Of a stretch of 64,000 nt of DNA, positions 22,856 to 33,074 are shown in pieces. Made by a program: the position numbers and the translations under genes. A model generated the notes under the pieces. The model saw nothing but the letters and a program-made list of their open reading frames with translations. It was not told the origin of the DNA and ran no database searches. The stretch is taken from positions 4,712,001 through 4,776,000 of the forward strand of contig CAKKNE010000001.1 of NCBI GenBank assembly GCA_918797485.1, read 5' to 3'. Source of the DNA: Pelagomonas calceolata (taxonomy: Eukaryota). Within the stretch, counting starts at the first letter, position 1. Every line of letters begins with the position of its first letter.

Positions 22856-22869
22856 TTTAGTAAAACTTC

Positions 22870-25830
22870 TTAGAACATCCTCGAAGCAGCGGGCGCGTGG
22901 GGCTTCAATGGTCGTCGCGACGGACTGATCACCGGACTCGGCGGCTCCAGCGCCTTGTCGGGCGAGAACGCGATCGGCTGCGGCGACCGATTTCGCCTTC
23001 TCGCGGCATCAAAGCGCACCTGTAGGTCGCCGTGTGCTGTCCGCAATTTTTCTAGTTGTTCCGTCGCCGCGTCGGCCCGCGCGCGCTCAGCTTGCCATCG
23101 TCGCTCATGTTTTCGCACCTTTTTGTAGATATCGTCCAGGGGCGCCGCGAGCGCGGTCGTACTCGTCGAGATGTCGGAACTTTGGGCGGCCAGGTCTGCG
23201 CGCGACTCTGCCTCACGAAGTTTTTCTCGCGCGACGACAAGTTGTCTAGAGACGTCCTCGAGTGCCGCAGCGTGCTGCTCGTCCTTCGCCGTGCTCGCGC
23301 CCGCCTCGGCGGACATGCGATTGAGCGCCTCCCGCGCCTCGGCGAGCTGCGCCTCGCGGTCCTCGAGTTCCGCACTCGCCGCGTCGGCGCGGCGCTCGGC
23401 GTGCTCCAGTGCGATGGCACTGGCCTCGTCGCCTTCGTCGATCCTCTGTTTGAGCTCCTCGTACCTATCTCTCTGCGCATCCCGCGCGTCGCGCAACCTA
23501 TCGCGCTCCGCTGCCCAATCTGATTGCGCTGATTCGAGGTTTCGTTGCAGTTGCTCGCACCGGCTCTCGGCTCGCTGCAAGGCGCCGGGACTCGGTCTCT
23601 GTTGGGCGGCCTGCGCCTCCGCGCGAGCATATATCGCGTCGGCCTTCGCTGTCGCGCAAGTCTTAGCAGCAGTAGCCAACTGATCCTCGGCCTCGCGTAG
23701 TCGACTGGCGTGGCCCTCGCGCATACTAGCCAACTCCGCGTCCTTCCTGTCCAGCGCGCGCTTCGCGTCGGCGAGCTCCGTCCTCAACGCCGTCGAGGCC
23801 TCCGATTTGGCAGCCTCGACCTCTTTTCTTAATCGATCGACCTCCAGGGCTAGGCGCCCGGCCTCCTCGAGTTCCGCGGTCTTCTCGGCGAGCGCTCGTT
23901 CGAGCGCGTCCCGCGACGCCGCGACGGACGCGACGGCGGCCAGTTCGTTCCGCGAGTGCTCAATATCCTTCGCGGCGTAGCGCGCCTTAGATATTGCCTC
24001 GGCTGCCGCAGAAGCACTTTTCTCGGCAGCTCGCTCGGCCGCCGCGCATCGGGCCTCAGCGTCCTCGGCAATGTTTTGGTAACGTGACGCCTCGGCCACG
24101 GCGTCGTCGCGCTGCCGGAATGCTTCCTTGCGCTCTGCCACGGCAGAGGCAGCCTTGGCGTCGGCTGCCATGCGCGCAGCCTCGACTACTTCGACTTTCT
24201 TTAATAAGGATGCGGCCTCGCGGCGCGCCTCCTCCGCGGCGCTCCGCAACGCGTCGCCGGCGGCTCTTTTGTCGCGCGCCGTCGCAAGCGATGCTTCGGC
24301 CTCGGTGAGCTGGCTGCGCAGCGCCGCCGCCGCCGCCGCCTCGGCGTCTCCTTTCGCAGCTCGCTCGCGTAATTCGTCGGCCTCGCGCCGCACAAGACCC
24401 ATCTCGTCGCGGAAGCGCTGAGCCACGATTTCGTGCTCGTGTGCGGCGGCTTTGAGCTTGTCGCGCTCGCCGGCGACGGAGTTGAGCTCGGCCAAGATCT
24501 TCATTTTGCTCGCGCGGGGCGTCCGCGAAGCAATCTCGGCGCGCAATTCTTTTTCCGTCGCGGCCGCGCGCTCAAGCCTCGCGGCGAGGATTTCCTTGCC
24601 GGTGCGAGGAGTGAGCAACTCCGCGTCCGCTTTTAGTTGCTGGTTCTCGCGTCGCAGTGCCGCCTCGCTCTCGCCGCGCCGCGCAGAGTCGCGTTGGTGC
24701 TCCACCACGACGCTCTTGAGCGCCTCGACCTCCTTCTCCATCGCCGCGCGGTCCTCGGCCGCCGCAGCGCGCAGGGCATCCCTTTCTCGCTTCAGCGCTC
24801 CGCGCTCGTCGGAGAGCCGCTCGCGATCGGCCTCGGCAGCGGCCAATCTGTTCCGCAGCGTCGACTCAGCAGAGGTGTAGATGGGCGACGCAGGGGGCGA
24901 CGCCGGCTTGGCCACGGCCTCGCGCAGGCGGCCCTGGATCCTTTCGCGGTCCGCTTCGGCGGCGCGTAGCCGCTCGCGCAGCGTCTCCTCCACGGACGTG
25001 TAGGCCGGCGAGGGCGGTGGCCGCGCTCGCAACGCCGCGACCTCGGCCCGCAGCGCGTTCGCGACGTCCTCGCTCTGCTCCAACTTGTGCTGGAGCGACG
25101 CGAACGCGTCGCCGCCGTGCACCACGACGACCGACGTCGTTTGAGAGCTGACATCGTCCAAATCGCCGGCCGCCGCCGCGGCGAGCGCCTCGTGCGACGC
25201 GCCGTCGACCGACCCGTCGTCCGCGATGCGCGCTTCGAGAGCGTCGACGCGCGCCTGGGCTTCAAGTAAAGCCGCGGCCTGGTCGCGCGCCGCCGCCCGC
25301 AGCTCGGCGGCCGCCTCGTCGGCGTCCTTCTCGGCAGCTCTACACCGTTCCACGGTCTCCCGGACCGCCGCCGCCTCGCGCTCCCAGCGCTCCGCGCGGC
25401 GCCGCTCCGACGCCGCCTCGGCCTTGGCTTCGTCCGCTGACTCGAGTGCCAGACGCGTGGCCGCCCTAGCGTCGGCGGCGTCGCGGCGCGCCCTCTCCGC
25501 CTCCTTAGAGCTCGACAGGGAGCCCTCGTACTTCAGGCGCCACTCCCGCTCCGCATCGCGCGCGTCCTCGACTTCCTCCCGCAGCCGGCGGCGCTCCGCC
25601 GTCGCGTCGGCCAGGCGCCGCTGCGCGTCGGCCAGCGCGTGCGCCGCGTCGCGCAGCGCGCCGTCCCGCGACGCGCGCGGCTTCTTCTCGGCCTCGCGCG
25701 CGGCCACGGCGCGCGCCACGGCCTCGGCGCCGAGCGCGCGCTCCGTCGCGAGCGCCGCGCGCTCCTCGGCCAGTGTCAATCGTTCTAGCAGTCTATCTTC
25801 GCGCTTGTCCGTCGTCGGCACGAGGGCCAT
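22870..25830 (-). CDS. long coiled-coil protein
   Basis: 986-aa ORF; internal repeat SP.YTS.E.TLR.RL.AAEADRER x2. Confidence 0.75.
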   Translation of the reverse strand: MALVPTTDKREDRLLERLTLAEERAALATERALGAEAVARAVAAREAEKKPRASRDGALRDAAHALADAQRRLADATAERRRLREEVEDARDAEREWRLKYEGSLSSSKEAERARRDAADARAATRLALESADEAKAEAASERRRAERWEREAAAVRETVERCRAAEKDADEAAAELRAAARDQAAALLEAQARVDALEARIADDGSVDGASHEALAAAAAGDLDDVSSQTTSVVVVHGGDAFASLQHKLEQSEDVANALRAEVAALRARPPPSPAYTSVEETLRERLRAAEADRERIQGRLREAVAKPASPPASPIYTSAESTLRNRLAAAEADRERLSDERGALKRERDALRAAAAEDRAAMEKEVEALKSVVVEHQRDSARRGESEAALRRENQQLKADAELLTPRTGKEILAARLERAAATEKELRAEIASRTPRASKMKILAELNSVAGERDKLKAAAHEHEIVAQRFRDEMGLVRREADELRERAAKGDAEAAAAAALRSQLTEAEASLATARDKRAAGDALRSAAEEARREAASLLKKVEVVEAARMAADAKAASAVAERKEAFRQRDDAVAEASRYQNIAEDAEARCAAAERAAEKSASAAAEAISKARYAAKDIEHSRNELAAVASVAASRDALERALAEKTAELEEAGRLALEVDRLRKEVEAAKSEASTALRTELADAKRALDRKDAELASMREGHASRLREAEDQLATAAKTCATAKADAIYARAEAQAAQQRPSPGALQRAESRCEQLQRNLESAQSDWAAERDRLRDARDAQRDRYEELKQRIDEGDEASAIALEHAERRADAASAELEDREAQLAEAREALNRMSAEAGASTAKDEQHAAALEDVSRQLVVAREKLREAESRADLAAQSSDISTSTTALAAPLDDIYKKVRKHERRWQAERARADAATEQLEKLRTAHGDLQVRFDAARRRNRSPQPIAFSPDKALEPPSPVISPSRRPLKPHAPAASRMF

Positions 25831-26291
25831 TTTTTTTTGTCCGTTTCCGGCGGCGTGCGCTACGTAACAACGATTTCACGCTTGCGGGGGACCGGCGCGC
25901 CGCCCGTGTCCTCTCCTTTCGTCGCCGACGCGCCGCGCAGGCTTTTTCAGGCGTCTGCGGGTTCAGGCGTCTTTTGTGGGGTGTGGACGCCCGCGTCGGC
26001 TACGGGAAGCGCTCAGCGCTGTAGTTGCGGTCACGTGTAGCTGTTGGAGGCGACTGAGGTCGGCTAGACGCCGTAGCGCAGCCGTACAGACGCCGCCGTT
26101 GGTGACCAAAATATAAAGTACTAGCGTCGTCGACACACTAGCTTTTCCAACCAAACAGCGCTGCAGCTAATTGCGCCGCCAGCGGCTCACACAGCCCGCG
26201 GGCAGCCAGAATCTCTTCACACAGACGCCAGAGAACCCGCTCGGGCAGCGGTAAGCTCACAGCCACCGGCGGGGCAGCCCCCACTTAAGCC

Positions 26292-28469
26292 ATGGCCACC
26301 CATGCCCTGCGCCAGGACCCCGGCGGGATGACCGACTTATTGTCAAGTAAGCAGTACGGCTCGCCGAAGGCGCGCGAGGTCATCGAGGCGCGACGGGGTA
26401 GAAGGCTGAAGACCGAGGCAGAACGCAACGAATGGCGCGACGTCCAGGAGCCAAAGCCAGCGCACATGGAGGCGCAGTTCGCCGTGAAGAAACGAGGGTT
26501 GGACACGCCGCCGTCCTACGCGAACAACCTGCCGCTCAAGGGCTGGCACCGCCATATTGTATTGAGGGGGGAAATCATCGGGCCGCACGATCGCGTCGTG
26601 TGCCACTGGCCGCCGTTCGACCCCATCGCCGAGGATCCCACAAGAAGGAAGTTGTTAAGAAGTAAAGCGGAGGTCGCCGAGTGGCTCGCCTGCTGCAACG
26701 CGCAGTTGTACCTCGATCGGTTTTCGTTCGACGTCCAGGAATGTTTGTCACAGTGGCCCTCGGAGGAGGATGGGTTGATACTGACGAAGAACCGGGGCAA
26801 GCTACCTCCACTATTAGGCCAGCTACCCCCACAACGCTCGGGCCCCCACAATAACGACAAAGCCAAGTTCGAAGAACAGGAGATCTTCGTCGCGAATGCT
26901 CTGGGCTTCCCCATCGACCGGTATTTTGAATATGTGGACGAGCCGACGTTCCGGTGGACGCACCACGAGTTCCTGAAGACCTTGAGGCATTCTGTTAGGG
27001 ATGACATTGCAAGACAATGTCGCGAAGAGAAGGAAAGGCGGCAGAACGTGGACAAATTGTTTGAAAGGGAAAAAAGATTGTGCTTCCGGCACGCGTTGTT
27101 CGCGAAGCACGGGCGGGCCATTGATGACGAAGATGATGGTCCAGGTACGTTGGCTGTGGAGGCTTCATTTGTTAATGAAGATGGCATGAATTTACTATAT
27201 CACTGCGCGTCGACGCACGCGAAGAGTGAATTATTTGAATTGTCGCCCCACATCGCGGAAGTTACCCGTGATGTATTCCAGTTCCCGTTGCTCAACGAGG
27301 ACTACTGTTCTCACCTTGCTTCGGTCGCTCGACAGTTCCGTGCGAAGGCGAGGCAGCACTGCTCGCATCTACCGGGTGATACGGCCCGGGCGCCAGCTAG
27401 AATATGTTTAGACAAGCTCGGACTATCTGAAGAGATAGCGTCCGAACTGATAAAGAGGGTCGCGAGGCCCTTGGCAGCGCGACTGTTCCCGGGCATCGGA
27501 GAAACGTTGGATCATCACGTCGCCTTCTTCGATACGCGAGCCGAGACGATGCGCCAGCAGCAACCCATGGACGCGCCGGTCTTCAACGAGAATCGGGGCG
27601 AGGAGATTTTTGATCATAAACTGGAAGACGAGGCCGAAATAGTGTTGGACATCTGCCTTGAAAGCAAGTCCGTGGAGGGTTTTCTGCCTTCTCGTTCATT
27701 CCATGGAACTGATGAAGAGCCCGTCCACCCGTCCGTCGAAGTGTCTCATCATCAGGTCGGCTCGGCCTTGCTGTATGATGGTACGATGCGCCACTCTAGA
27801 ATTGTCGGTGGTCCGGAGCAACTCCATCTGGTCATATGGTGCCGGAGCATGCCATTTAGAGAGTTAAATTCGTATGAGGGCGGCGAGGACTATCGCGAGT
27901 ACGGGTCCTTAGCCCATGAATACAATGAAGCGGGCGTGCCGGGGCCGACGTATAGTAATTATGATGGGGAGGAAGAAGGAGGCGTTTTATTGGATGGCGA
28001 AGAGCGGATCTATGTCGAGCGGGAAAAGCCTCCCTTCCGGCTGGAGCGGCCGCAGCGGAAAGTTGTAGAAATCAAGGGCTACGACGAGGTCGGGCCCCTA
28101 CCGTACGACCCGCAGAATCCCCCACCGGAATTCCGGAGGACGTTTTTTGATGAAGGTCACACTCGGGAAGATTTATACATGCCCACACCTAGAGAACGGG
28201 AGAACTTCAAGGAGTTCTGGCGGGAACGCAATGAAGAATTACAGCGCAAGGCCGTCAATGGGACGCTGAAGCCGGACGAGGACATCCTCGGGGCCCTGTT
28301 GGAAAGGGCCGACGAGGAGGGCGGCGTGCAGGGTGTGCAGTACAAGATGCGCAGCGTGCCCCTCAAGCCCGGCGAGAAGGTCAACGAGGAGCCTCCAAAA
28401 GTTCGGTTCGACCAGGAGGACGACTTCGATAATCGGTTCGGGGAGGGGTTGAAGTTTGGCGAGTACTAA
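26292..28469 (+). CDS. MBD-like domain plus degenerate 2OG-Fe(II) oxygenase (OGFOD2-like) protein
   Basis: LPLKGWHRHIVLR...LRSKAEVAEWL...FSFD; VFQFPLLNEDYC, LDHHVAF, LVIWCRS. Confidence 0.7.
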   Translation: MATHALRQDPGGMTDLLSSKQYGSPKAREVIEARRGRRLKTEAERNEWRDVQEPKPAHMEAQFAVKKRGLDTPPSYANNLPLKGWHRHIVLRGEIIGPHDRVVCHWPPFDPIAEDPTRRKLLRSKAEVAEWLACCNAQLYLDRFSFDVQECLSQWPSEEDGLILTKNRGKLPPLLGQLPPQRSGPHNNDKAKFEEQEIFVANALGFPIDRYFEYVDEPTFRWTHHEFLKTLRHSVRDDIARQCREEKERRQNVDKLFEREKRLCFRHALFAKHGRAIDDEDDGPGTLAVEASFVNEDGMNLLYHCASTHAKSELFELSPHIAEVTRDVFQFPLLNEDYCSHLASVARQFRAKARQHCSHLPGDTARAPARICLDKLGLSEEIASELIKRVARPLAARLFPGIGETLDHHVAFFDTRAETMRQQQPMDAPVFNENRGEEIFDHKLEDEAEIVLDICLESKSVEGFLPSRSFHGTDEEPVHPSVEVSHHQVGSALLYDGTMRHSRIVGGPEQLHLVIWCRSMPFRELNSYEGGEDYREYGSLAHEYNEAGVPGPTYSNYDGEEEGGVLLDGEERIYVEREKPPFRLERPQRKVVEIKGYDEVGPLPYDPQNPPPEFRRTFFDEGHTREDLYMPTPRERENFKEFWRERNEELQRKAVNGTLKPDEDILGALLERADEEGGVQGVQYKMRSVPLKPGEKVNEEPPKVRFDQEDDFDNRFGEGLKFGEY

Positions 28470-28477
28470 CAACATGT

Positions 28478-29350
28478 TTACGTGGGTGCGCGCTCGGGGA
28501 GGTCCTCCAGCTCGTCCGCGTCTCCGTCGACCTCGACGAGCCAGGCGCCGTCGACGCACTCCGCGTTTCGCGCGAGGCGACCGGGGTTCTCTATCAGAGT
28601 TTCGTTCCGCGCGGATACGACGCCAGCGACCGGAGATTCGAGCTGCGCGGTGCCGTTTGGACCTTCGACCATCGCGAACGGCCTCCCAGGCAGCGTGAAG
28701 CTGTCGAGCTGCGCGAGGTCTACGAAGGCCTTGTCTGTGGTTAGCCCGAGCTCGTCCACTTTTTCAGCGGTGATACCTAACCGTATTGTCTCGCCCCGCA
28801 TCGCCGCCCAGACGCTATCGTTGGCGCGGAAGACTGCGGGCGCGGCGGCGGCTCCCACCTGTTTCGGCGGCCGCGGCGCCGCCTCCGGCTCGGGTTCCTC
28901 GCCGGCCATCTGCTCCGCGAGCCACCACATGCCGCCCTTGTCGAGGCCGCCCGAGTTCAATTTCGCGGCTTCCGCGAGTTCCCGGCGCAGTGCTGCGGCG
29001 CGTTCGCGCTCGACGCGCACATAGACGGCCAGCGGGTCGTCCGCAGCGAAGCCGTGCGCGGGCGTCGCATCCGCAGTGTCGTCGTCGTCGCCGCTGCGCA
29101 GCGCGCACTCATATGCCGTCGCCAAGGCGCGGAACTCAGCCGCTGAGCCGCCCTGGTCCGGGTGGCACGCCTTCGCGAGGTTGTAATAGGCGTCGCGTAT
29201 GGCTTCTCGGGAGGATGCCTCGCTGCAGCCGAGGCGCTGCAGCGCATCGCTTCGACCCGAGAGCGCGCGTATGACTCCAGCGCCGCGGCAGCGTGTCCGC
29301 ATCGATGCATGCACTGCTGCCCTGCTGCAGGAGATGACTCCTCGCAGCAT
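28478..29350 (-). CDS. DnaJ-domain plus glycine-cleavage H-protein-like fusion
   Basis: IRDAYYNLAKACHPDQGG; IRLGIT...ESPVAGVV..RNETLIENP...AWLVEV. Confidence 0.75.
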   Translation of the reverse strand: MLRGVISCSRAAVHASMRTRCRGAGVIRALSGRSDALQRLGCSEASSREAIRDAYYNLAKACHPDQGGSAAEFRALATAYECALRSGDDDDTADATPAHGFAADDPLAVYVRVERERAAALRRELAEAAKLNSGGLDKGGMWWLAEQMAGEEPEPEAAPRPPKQVGAAAAPAVFRANDSVWAAMRGETIRLGITAEKVDELGLTTDKAFVDLAQLDSFTLPGRPFAMVEGPNGTAQLESPVAGVVSARNETLIENPGRLARNAECVDGAWLVEVDGDADELEDLPERAPT

Positions 29351-29794
29351 ATTGCTGCAAGCTATTACTCCGAACGAGTCGTTACTATTAATGCGTATCC
29401 TCTTTACACGTTGCAGCCTTCCGATCGATCGATGTGGCTAGTTTTACCTCTTTTTTGTAGAGCTGCCAATGAGGACCAGCGGCATGTAAGACACTAGCGA
29501 TCAAGGAAAATCGAGCCGCACCACGTCAAGCGCCCGGATCAGGCCTGAATATCATTCCCGCGAATCAAATCAATTGCCTTCTATCGTGCGGGGTACCTTC
29601 TTTTTGAGCAAGACTTTAGCAAGACTGCAAATCACGCTAGGGCAGGCCAATCTCGCTAAGAAGCAGCCCCGCAGCCGCGGCGCGCAGCCCCAATCACCTA
29701 TCTCACGCCAATCTTGCGAACGAGGCAGCCCCGCCGCCGCGGCGTGCGTGCGCCCCAAGCAACAGTCCACCTCCACGCCGCCGACGCCGCAGCC

Positions 29795-30952
29795 ATGGAG
29801 GTCTGGCAGTACATCATCGCCGCCGTGCTGGTAGCCCTGAGCGGCCTCTTCTCGGGCCTGAACCTCGGTCTCATGTCCTTTGCGCCCGAGGATTTGAGGA
29901 TTGTCGTCGAGGGGTCGCCGGACGAGAGCGAGCGGCGGAGCGCGGCGAAGATCCAGCCGCTGCGGAAGACGGGGAATTTGCTGCTCTGCACGCTACTGCT
30001 CGGCAACACGCTGGTCAATGCGGCCATCGCCACATTACTGGCCGACGCGACGGCGGGCGTCCTGGGCATGTTCATCACTACCGGATTAATCGTTGTTTTT
30101 GGCGAGATCGTGCCGCAGAGCGTCTGCAGTCGGTACGCGCTGCAAATAGGTGCCGCATCCGTACCATTGGTCTGGCTCTTCGTCGGCATCACCTTTGTCG
30201 TCGCCTACCCCATCGCCAAGGTCTTGGACTGGGCTTTGGGAGGCGAGATGTCGGCGGTTTATACCAAAAATGAGCTTAAAAGTCTGATAAGAATCAACGT
30301 CGAGGACCCGCAACGAGTGAAAGAAAGTGGATTAACCCCCGAGGACGGGAAGCTCCTGACGGGTGCCTTATCGTTCAAGGAGGAACTGGTCGAGGGCGCG
30401 ATGACGCCTTTGGATGCCGTCTTTTCCTTACCGGAAGAAACCATCCTCGACGAGGACACGATGGGTAGAATACTAAAAAGCGGGCACACGCGCATCCCCG
30501 TCACGTCGGAGGGCAAGGCCGTGGCCATTTTATATGCGAAGGATTTGGTCGGCGTCGGCTTCGAGCGGAACCTAGCTCTGAAAAGCGTATTAGATGCCTT
30601 CGACGCGTACAAGCGCGTCTATAATGTGTATGAGAAGACGTCGTTAGGCGACTGCTTCGCGCTCTGCAAGCGGGAGCGGCGCCATTTGCTCGTTGTGGTC
30701 GAGAAGATCTCGAAGAGTTTGTGCGGCATCGTGACGACGGAGGACATCCTCGAGGAGATCCTCCAGGACGAGATCGTGGGCGACGACGACCAGTACATCG
30801 ATCAAGGGAACACGTCGTCGATGCGGCCGGGCCTCGCGCGCCAGAACTCGAAGGCCTACGACCCGCTGGTGCTCATGCGCCAGCTGTCGCCGCGGCGCGC
30901 GCCGCCGGACCCTCCCTCGATGGCGCGTGGGGGCCCTTCCGGGGAGTACTGA
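29795..30952 (+). CDS. CNNM/DUF21 plus CBS-pair metal transporter
   Basis: LSGLFSGLNLGLMS, LLCTLLLGNTLVN, FGEIVPQS, SGHTRIPV, GIVTTEDILEE. Confidence 0.92.
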   Translation: MEVWQYIIAAVLVALSGLFSGLNLGLMSFAPEDLRIVVEGSPDESERRSAAKIQPLRKTGNLLLCTLLLGNTLVNAAIATLLADATAGVLGMFITTGLIVVFGEIVPQSVCSRYALQIGAASVPLVWLFVGITFVVAYPIAKVLDWALGGEMSAVYTKNELKSLIRINVEDPQRVKESGLTPEDGKLLTGALSFKEELVEGAMTPLDAVFSLPEETILDEDTMGRILKSGHTRIPVTSEGKAVAILYAKDLVGVGFERNLALKSVLDAFDAYKRVYNVYEKTSLGDCFALCKRERRHLLVVVEKISKSLCGIVTTEDILEEILQDEIVGDDDQYIDQGNTSSMRPGLARQNSKAYDPLVLMRQLSPRRAPPDPPSMARGGPSGEY

Positions 30953-31044
30953 TCTTCTCCCGCAGTGTCTAATCTATTTACTCCGTTACGCTGTCGCCGC
31001 GACGTCGTATTACGGAAATAGTTCGTTACCCGCCTATAAATCTA

Positions 31045-32460
31045 CTACTTGTTCCGCGACAGGACGATGTAGCAGATCGAGATGAGCGCGTCTCGCGCCT
31101 CGGAGTCGGGCGCGACCCTGCAAATGGCGTCGACGGCGCGCTGCGCGTGGAAGCCCGCTAATTTGCGAGCTAAGTCCATGCCCGTCGACGCCCGGACCGT
31201 CTCGTAGGCCATCGTGACGTCACCGTCGCCCTTGAAGCGCCGTTCTATCAAGGGTCTCAGTTCAGGATGGTCCTGCGCCGCGAACAAGATGGGAGCCGTC
31301 GCCAGACCCAGCGACAAATCAGCGCCGGCCGGCTTCCCGAGCTGGTCGTCGTCCATCGCAAAGTCCAAAACGTCGTCGACGATCTGGAACGCGAGGCCCA
31401 AGTGGTAGCCGTACTCCTCCGCGGCCGCCGCCACTTCGCTGTCCGAGGCGTGGCCCGCGAGCAAGGCACAAGATCTAGACGCGTCACAAATGAGTGACGC
31501 GGTCTTGTAGTACGACTTGCGCAGATAGAGTTCCATCTCGCGCGCGTCGCGTTCCGCGAGTTCCCGCTGCAGCGCTTCCTGGCTCCGACCGACATTTAAA
31601 GCTGCTTTCGCTCTATCCAAGAAGGACCGCTTGCCGTTCATGGGTTCACTGATTTCGTTCTTGTCTTCGCTCGACTTTTTGTCAGCGGCCCCGTTGGCCT
31701 TGATCTGCATGATCTCGCCACTCACTAAGGAGTCTAGAGCTCGAGCCATCACTTGCACGACGTCCATGTGGCCCAACTTGGCTAGTAAGACCGAGGCTCT
31801 CGCTAACAAGTAGTCTCCGGATAACACAGCTACTTTATTGCTATACATCTTGTGGATCGCGTCGCCGCCTCGCCGCGTATCCGCATCATCCAGGACATCA
31901 TCATGAATCAAGGACGCGACGTGGATCATCTCCGTGACTTGGCCGAGCCGCGTCTGGCGCTCGAAGACTACTTCGCTGGAATCCTTGTGGGCATTGGGCA
32001 GGGCTTGAGCTAATAACATGACGATAGTAGGCCGAAACCTCTTCCCGTGCCGCTTCTCGAAGAAGTGGGACGCCGCTTGGGATAGAATCGGGTTCTCCGA
32101 CGCGACGAGCAGCTTCATGTTGTCACTGAACGGAATGAGTTCCGACTTCACCAATGCAAACGGATCGGGACAGGGCGGGCCCTTGGCCAGGTTGATGACG
32201 TGGGTCCGTCCGGGTAAATCATCGTGCTCCTGCTCATCCAGTAAGCGGATGTCGACGGGCGGGAGCGTGGCATAGACGTCTATTGATCGAGCTGGTTCTT
32301 CCACCCCAATATCTAGAGGCGCTCCTTTCACAGCTTTGGCGTCCAGGGTCGTCGCTTCTAGTCGAGTTGGTCGTCGTCGCGCGCGCGGCCGCGGCTGTTG
32401 CGCCGTATACGAGGCCGACGGGCTAGCGAGGAGCGCCACGAGGGCGCCCTTGCCCCGCAT
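31045..32460 (-). CDS. solanesyl/polyprenyl diphosphate synthase
   Basis: GKRFRP, HVASLIHDDVLD, RRG, KTASL, FQIVDDVLD. Confidence 0.92.
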   Translation of the reverse strand: MRGKGALVALLASPSASYTAQQPRPRARRRPTRLEATTLDAKAVKGAPLDIGVEEPARSIDVYATLPPVDIRLLDEQEHDDLPGRTHVINLAKGPPCPDPFALVKSELIPFSDNMKLLVASENPILSQAASHFFEKRHGKRFRPTIVMLLAQALPNAHKDSSEVVFERQTRLGQVTEMIHVASLIHDDVLDDADTRRGGDAIHKMYSNKVAVLSGDYLLARASVLLAKLGHMDVVQVMARALDSLVSGEIMQIKANGAADKKSSEDKNEISEPMNGKRSFLDRAKAALNVGRSQEALQRELAERDAREMELYLRKSYYKTASLICDASRSCALLAGHASDSEVAAAAEEYGYHLGLAFQIVDDVLDFAMDDDQLGKPAGADLSLGLATAPILFAAQDHPELRPLIERRFKGDGDVTMAYETVRASTGMDLARKLAGFHAQRAVDAICRVAPDSEARDALISICYIVLSRNK

Positions 32461-33074
32461 GATAGCGCTTTCTAAATCTGAGCTCTGCCGGCTCGCGCGG
32501 CGCCAGGCGCGGGCGGCTTCGCGCGATCGGTGGCTCGGGAGGCGCCTCGCAAGCCTGGTTGCAAGATGAGCAATGCTTGTCCTCTATACGGCGCCGAGGG
32601 CTGTCGGTCGCCGATATGCGCTGGGTGACGGGGTCTGTATTAGAATTATGTGTCCCCGAGGTCCCTCCTGCCCGCAGAAACTGCACCACGCAGATGTTAT
32701 TGCCGTGATTTAGGCAGAGGCCCGGCCGCCACCTCCGTGCGAGATCGGGCTGCTGTCTTCGCCGCGGAGCAGTCCAAGCCTCGTGGCAGGGGCTTCTGAA
32801 TTGCCAAGGCGGTGAAACGAGAGGTCCCTGAGCTAGCGACATAAAGGCACTAGAAATATGGGCTTATCCACACGACGACGGCTCGGTCGACGGCCTGATC
32901 GCCCGAACCAGCGTCGTGACATCGCGCGCGGACGTTACCGGACTCACTCGTCGATGTACGCGCAGAGCGGGCGTACTTACACTAATTACCCAAGTCGGCG
33001 CCATCCCGTTGAGCAAGTCGTTGAGCTAGATGCTGAATTAAGTAGAAGCATAGATACCAACCACATTACACACA

